Assembly (NCBI GenBank): GCA_016840085.1
Contig: JAEOTA010000012.1
Location: 96,001-160,000, forward strand
Length of the DNA stretch: 64,000 bases
Source of the DNA: Promethearchaeota archaeon
Lineage (GTDB): Archaea > Asgardarchaeota > Lokiarchaeia > Sigyniarchaeales > SOKP01
Direction: 5' to 3'
The number at the start of each line of letters is the position of its first letter. The first letter of the stretch is position 1. This document shows, piece by piece, positions 61,666-64,000 of the stretch. The translations under genes were made by a program, and so were the position numbers. The notes under the pieces are model-generated. The model did not search any database. It was not told where the DNA came from and saw only the letters and a list, made by a program, of their open reading frames with translations.

Positions 61666-62370
61666 ATTATCCCCTCATATAAACTGTATAAAATTAGACC
61701 TGATTTTAATATTAAAACTTACATTTCAAATAATTGGATAGAGGACGCTGTTTTACCTAAAGGATTATCGGAAAACATAAAAAGAAAATTTACTCAAATT
61801 AAAAATAATATTCAGAAATCATCAATTTCTCAGGATGATTCCTTTAAAATAGGATATAAAGCAAAATTAAACTGTGAACATAAATTAGTTTTTGGTAATC
61901 AAGAAATTTGGATTCCAAAATCTATTGAAATAATAAAAAATGAAGATTTGCTGCTCATTCAAAAATTATCCTCTAATATAAACATGGTAATTGAAAGATC
62001 ATTGGATATTAATATTGTTCCTATATCTTTTCCAGAAAAGGATTTACTAGGTTTATGGGGAAAATTGAAGAAAAGTGTTGAAAATGATGGAAAACATATT
62101 TCTTTACATAGACTAATTATTGAAAAGACTTTTTTGGAATCAGATGAAATAAATGAATTGAATATTAGTACTAAAGATGTTTCACAATTGGGATATTTTA
62201 AAGATTTAACTTCCAACGCAAAAAAAATTAAAGTTATAACCATACGAATTAAAGGATTAACAGAATCAAAGAAAGTTTTTACTGTTAGAATTGCACGTAA
62301 TCAAATGCAAATCTATGGAAATCATCCAACATCGGCAATAATTAAATTCTTAGAATATTTTCAAAAATAA
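61666..62370 (+). CDS. Hypothetical protein (~234 aa; ATT/ATC start inferred)
   Basis: Frame open 94 codons upstream of TTG 61948; GGAGGT at 61657-61662. Confidence 0.7.
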   Translation: MIPSYKLYKIRPDFNIKTYISNNWIEDAVLPKGLSENIKRKFTQIKNNIQKSSISQDDSFKIGYKAKLNCEHKLVFGNQEIWIPKSIEIIKNEDLLLIQKLSSNINMVIERSLDINIVPISFPEKDLLGLWGKLKKSVENDGKHISLHRLIIEKTFLESDEINELNISTKDVSQLGYFKDLTSNAKKIKVITIRIKGLTESKKVFTVRIARNQMQIYGNHPTSAIIKFLEYFQK

Positions 62371-62387
62371 TAATTAGTGATTTAAAG

Positions 62388-63134
62388 ATTTCTATTAATA
62401 AAAAGAAAAATGTTAAATTAATTTATTTTCCTCAAGATAATTCAATCATTGTAGAAAGCTGGAATTTAGATAACCCTTTCAAATATGGAATTCCAGGTCG
62501 AAATATTAATTCTTGTTTAGTCTGTGGGCGTAAATCACAAGATCAAGATTTATCTTCCTGTAAGTTCCATCAAATTGGAGAAAATAAAGACTTTAAATTG
62601 ATTTTTGGAGGTTATTTCCAGACAGATGCAAATTTTAATCCTTTAAATCCATTAACCAGACGATTTTTAGAAATGGAAAATTATAGTACAACACTATCAA
62701 TTAGAGAATTTACTGAAATCTTAAAGACACGTTATAAGAATGAAAAAGGTAATGAAGAATATTTTTGGGGATCATGGGTTCCAACAACAAATACAATAAT
62801 GATAAAGATTGCAAAATTACTATTACAAGAAATAGAATTATCAATTATAAATCCAGAGATTTATTGTAATTTCGCTCCGCAAATAAAGATACATAATCAA
62901 GATAGAAAATTAATGGTAATTAAAAAATATCACCCAAAAAAGATAAATTACGAATTAAAATATTTAATAGAGAATAAGAATGGTATTATAATTGATGACT
63001 TATATCATCATGGTTATACAATAGCAAGAATAATGGAATTACTATCTTCTTATAAAGTTAAGAAAATATTAGGAATCGTTATTGTGAGGACGACAGGTAG
63101 GAAAGGAATAAAAATAAAATACTTCCCTAAATAA
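62388..63134 (+). CDS. ComF-like phosphoribosyltransferase with N-terminal Zn finger (ATT start inferred)
   Basis: Upstream in-frame CLVC...CKFH; GIIIDDLYHHGYTI PRPP-binding-like motif. Confidence 0.8.
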   Translation: MSINKKKNVKLIYFPQDNSIIVESWNLDNPFKYGIPGRNINSCLVCGRKSQDQDLSSCKFHQIGENKDFKLIFGGYFQTDANFNPLNPLTRRFLEMENYSTTLSIREFTEILKTRYKNEKGNEEYFWGSWVPTTNTIMIKIAKLLLQEIELSIINPEIYCNFAPQIKIHNQDRKLMVIKKYHPKKINYELKYLIENKNGIIIDDLYHHGYTIARIMELLSSYKVKKILGIVIVRTTGRKGIKIKYFPK

Positions 63135-63262
63135 ATTCTAGGGTGTACTAAAAAAGAAAAATCAGAAATTTCTTCGTTGTAGATGTAATAATAGCTTAAA
63201 TTATTCTTTAATTATATATATGATTGTAATTTTGTGATACAATGAGTTGCTATTTTTATACT

Positions 63263-63448
63263 TCACATTAGAGTTTGAGAATTTAAACAATTATTACATA
63301 GCATGTCGCATTTTTGAATATAAGGATTATTTCTCCCAACATAAAAAAACTCAGCCTTCTTAAACTTTTCACATGGATCATATATTTTATCGCGCAAATT
63401 TAATAAATATGATTTATTTACTCTATATACTCCATTTATTTGACGCAC
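63263..63448 (-). pseudogene. 3' fragment of an unrelated Cys-rich gene, in frame with the GTPase stub
   Basis: Same frame as 63455-63625, separated by one TAG. Confidence 0.35.
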
Positions 63449-63454
63449 AACAAG

Positions 63455-63625
63455 CTAGCTATCAGAAAATAATGTTCTTCCAACAGTACTATCTATAGAT
63501 TTCAATGTTTCTTCCTTTTTAAAAAAAGAGAAAAGATATTTTACAGAAGTTGTTTTTCCTGACATTGCAGGACCGTAATAAACAATTTTTACCTGTAATG
63601 TTTTATTTTCATAATCTAAAATCAT
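63455..63625 (-). pseudogene. MglA-like small GTPase, 3'-truncated
   Basis: KIVYYGPAMSGKTT (G1), STVGRTLF (G2), then SDS*; G3-G5 missing. Confidence 0.85.
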
Positions 63626-63633
63626 AGTTAATT

Positions 63634-64000
63634 CTAACCCCATAATGAAACTATTTTATCACCAATAAATGCCTTTTTACCATCTTCAATCAAATCAGAA
63701 AAATTTTCTCTCCATTCCTTCGTTATAAATGAAATAATTCTCTCTATTGGTGTATCTTCGTAGTCTATAGTTTCTAAAAGAGTTTTACTTCCTATTTTTG
63801 CATGATTTTCGATATTATTTAATAAACTCAATCTTGATAAGATAAAAAAAGCACGTTTTGAACCGGAATAGAAATTTTGAATCTCTCTTTTAAAAATGTT
63901 TTTCTTTAACTCAGTTTTTTCTATTTCAAAATCTACTAAAGTTTTAATTAAATCTTTATCAAGGTTACTCAGTTTTATCTTATCATTTAAAACTCTTTTC
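63634..64000 (-). CDS. 3' part of a probable host gene (partial)
   Basis: Frame open from the window end to the stop at 63634, just upstream of the GTPase. Confidence 0.75.
   Translation of the reverse strand, partial: KRVLNDKIKLSNLDKDLIKTLVDFEIEKTELKKNIFKREIQNFYSGSKRAFFILSRLSLLNNIENHAKIGSKTLLETIDYEDTPIERIISFITKEWRENFSDLIEDGKKAFIGDKIVSLWG

Larger units (their letters stand above)
2830..63460. mobile_element. Composite genomic island (boundaries approximate)
   Basis: Dense pseudogenes, internal paralog repeats, replication/transfer/defence-type genes; right end at a truncated MglA-like GTPase gene. Confidence 0.6.

Noticed and set aside
549-62243. Short antisense or overlapping ORFs (e.g. 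549-863, 5891-6184, 8345-8617, 11644-11904, 23022-23387, 42870-43103, 61959-62243)
   Set aside because: Shadows of longer or better-supported genes, with no motifs of their own

Overview
Very AT-rich archaeal DNA whose gene content (longin-like protein, MglA-like GTPase, TFB paralogs, Orc1/Cdc6) points to an Asgard archaeon, probably Lokiarchaeia (inference). Apparent host genes lie at 1-2828 and from about 63455 to the end; nearly everything between is a ~60 kb composite accessory island. Its core is a ~44.6 kb segment bracketed by a ~0.92 kb, ~95% identical direct repeat of a TFB (TFIIB) gene: a full copy at 54185-55213 and a copy cut just after the Zn-ribbon codons at 9593-10504. Inside are a co-oriented putative DNA-transfer/pilus operon (TadC-like protein, 54-aa pilin-like ORF, membrane-anchored HerA/VirB4-like ATPase, VirB11/CpaF-like ATPase), an Orc1/Cdc6 initiator with an origin-like upstream region, a third divergent TFB, many RHH/AbrB/HTH regulators and cargo (HEPN proteins, C45 peptidase, transglutaminase, TnpB stub, longin-like and TPR proteins, methyltransferase). 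No intact integrase, relaxase or virion gene was recognised. The flanks hold a 65-bp TFB scar, a solitary CRISPR-like repeat and a five-gene operon with a Cas4/Dna2-like protein, an SF1 helicase and a PRTase. Several genes appear to start at ATA/ATT. All calls come from manual motif reading; no database search was run.
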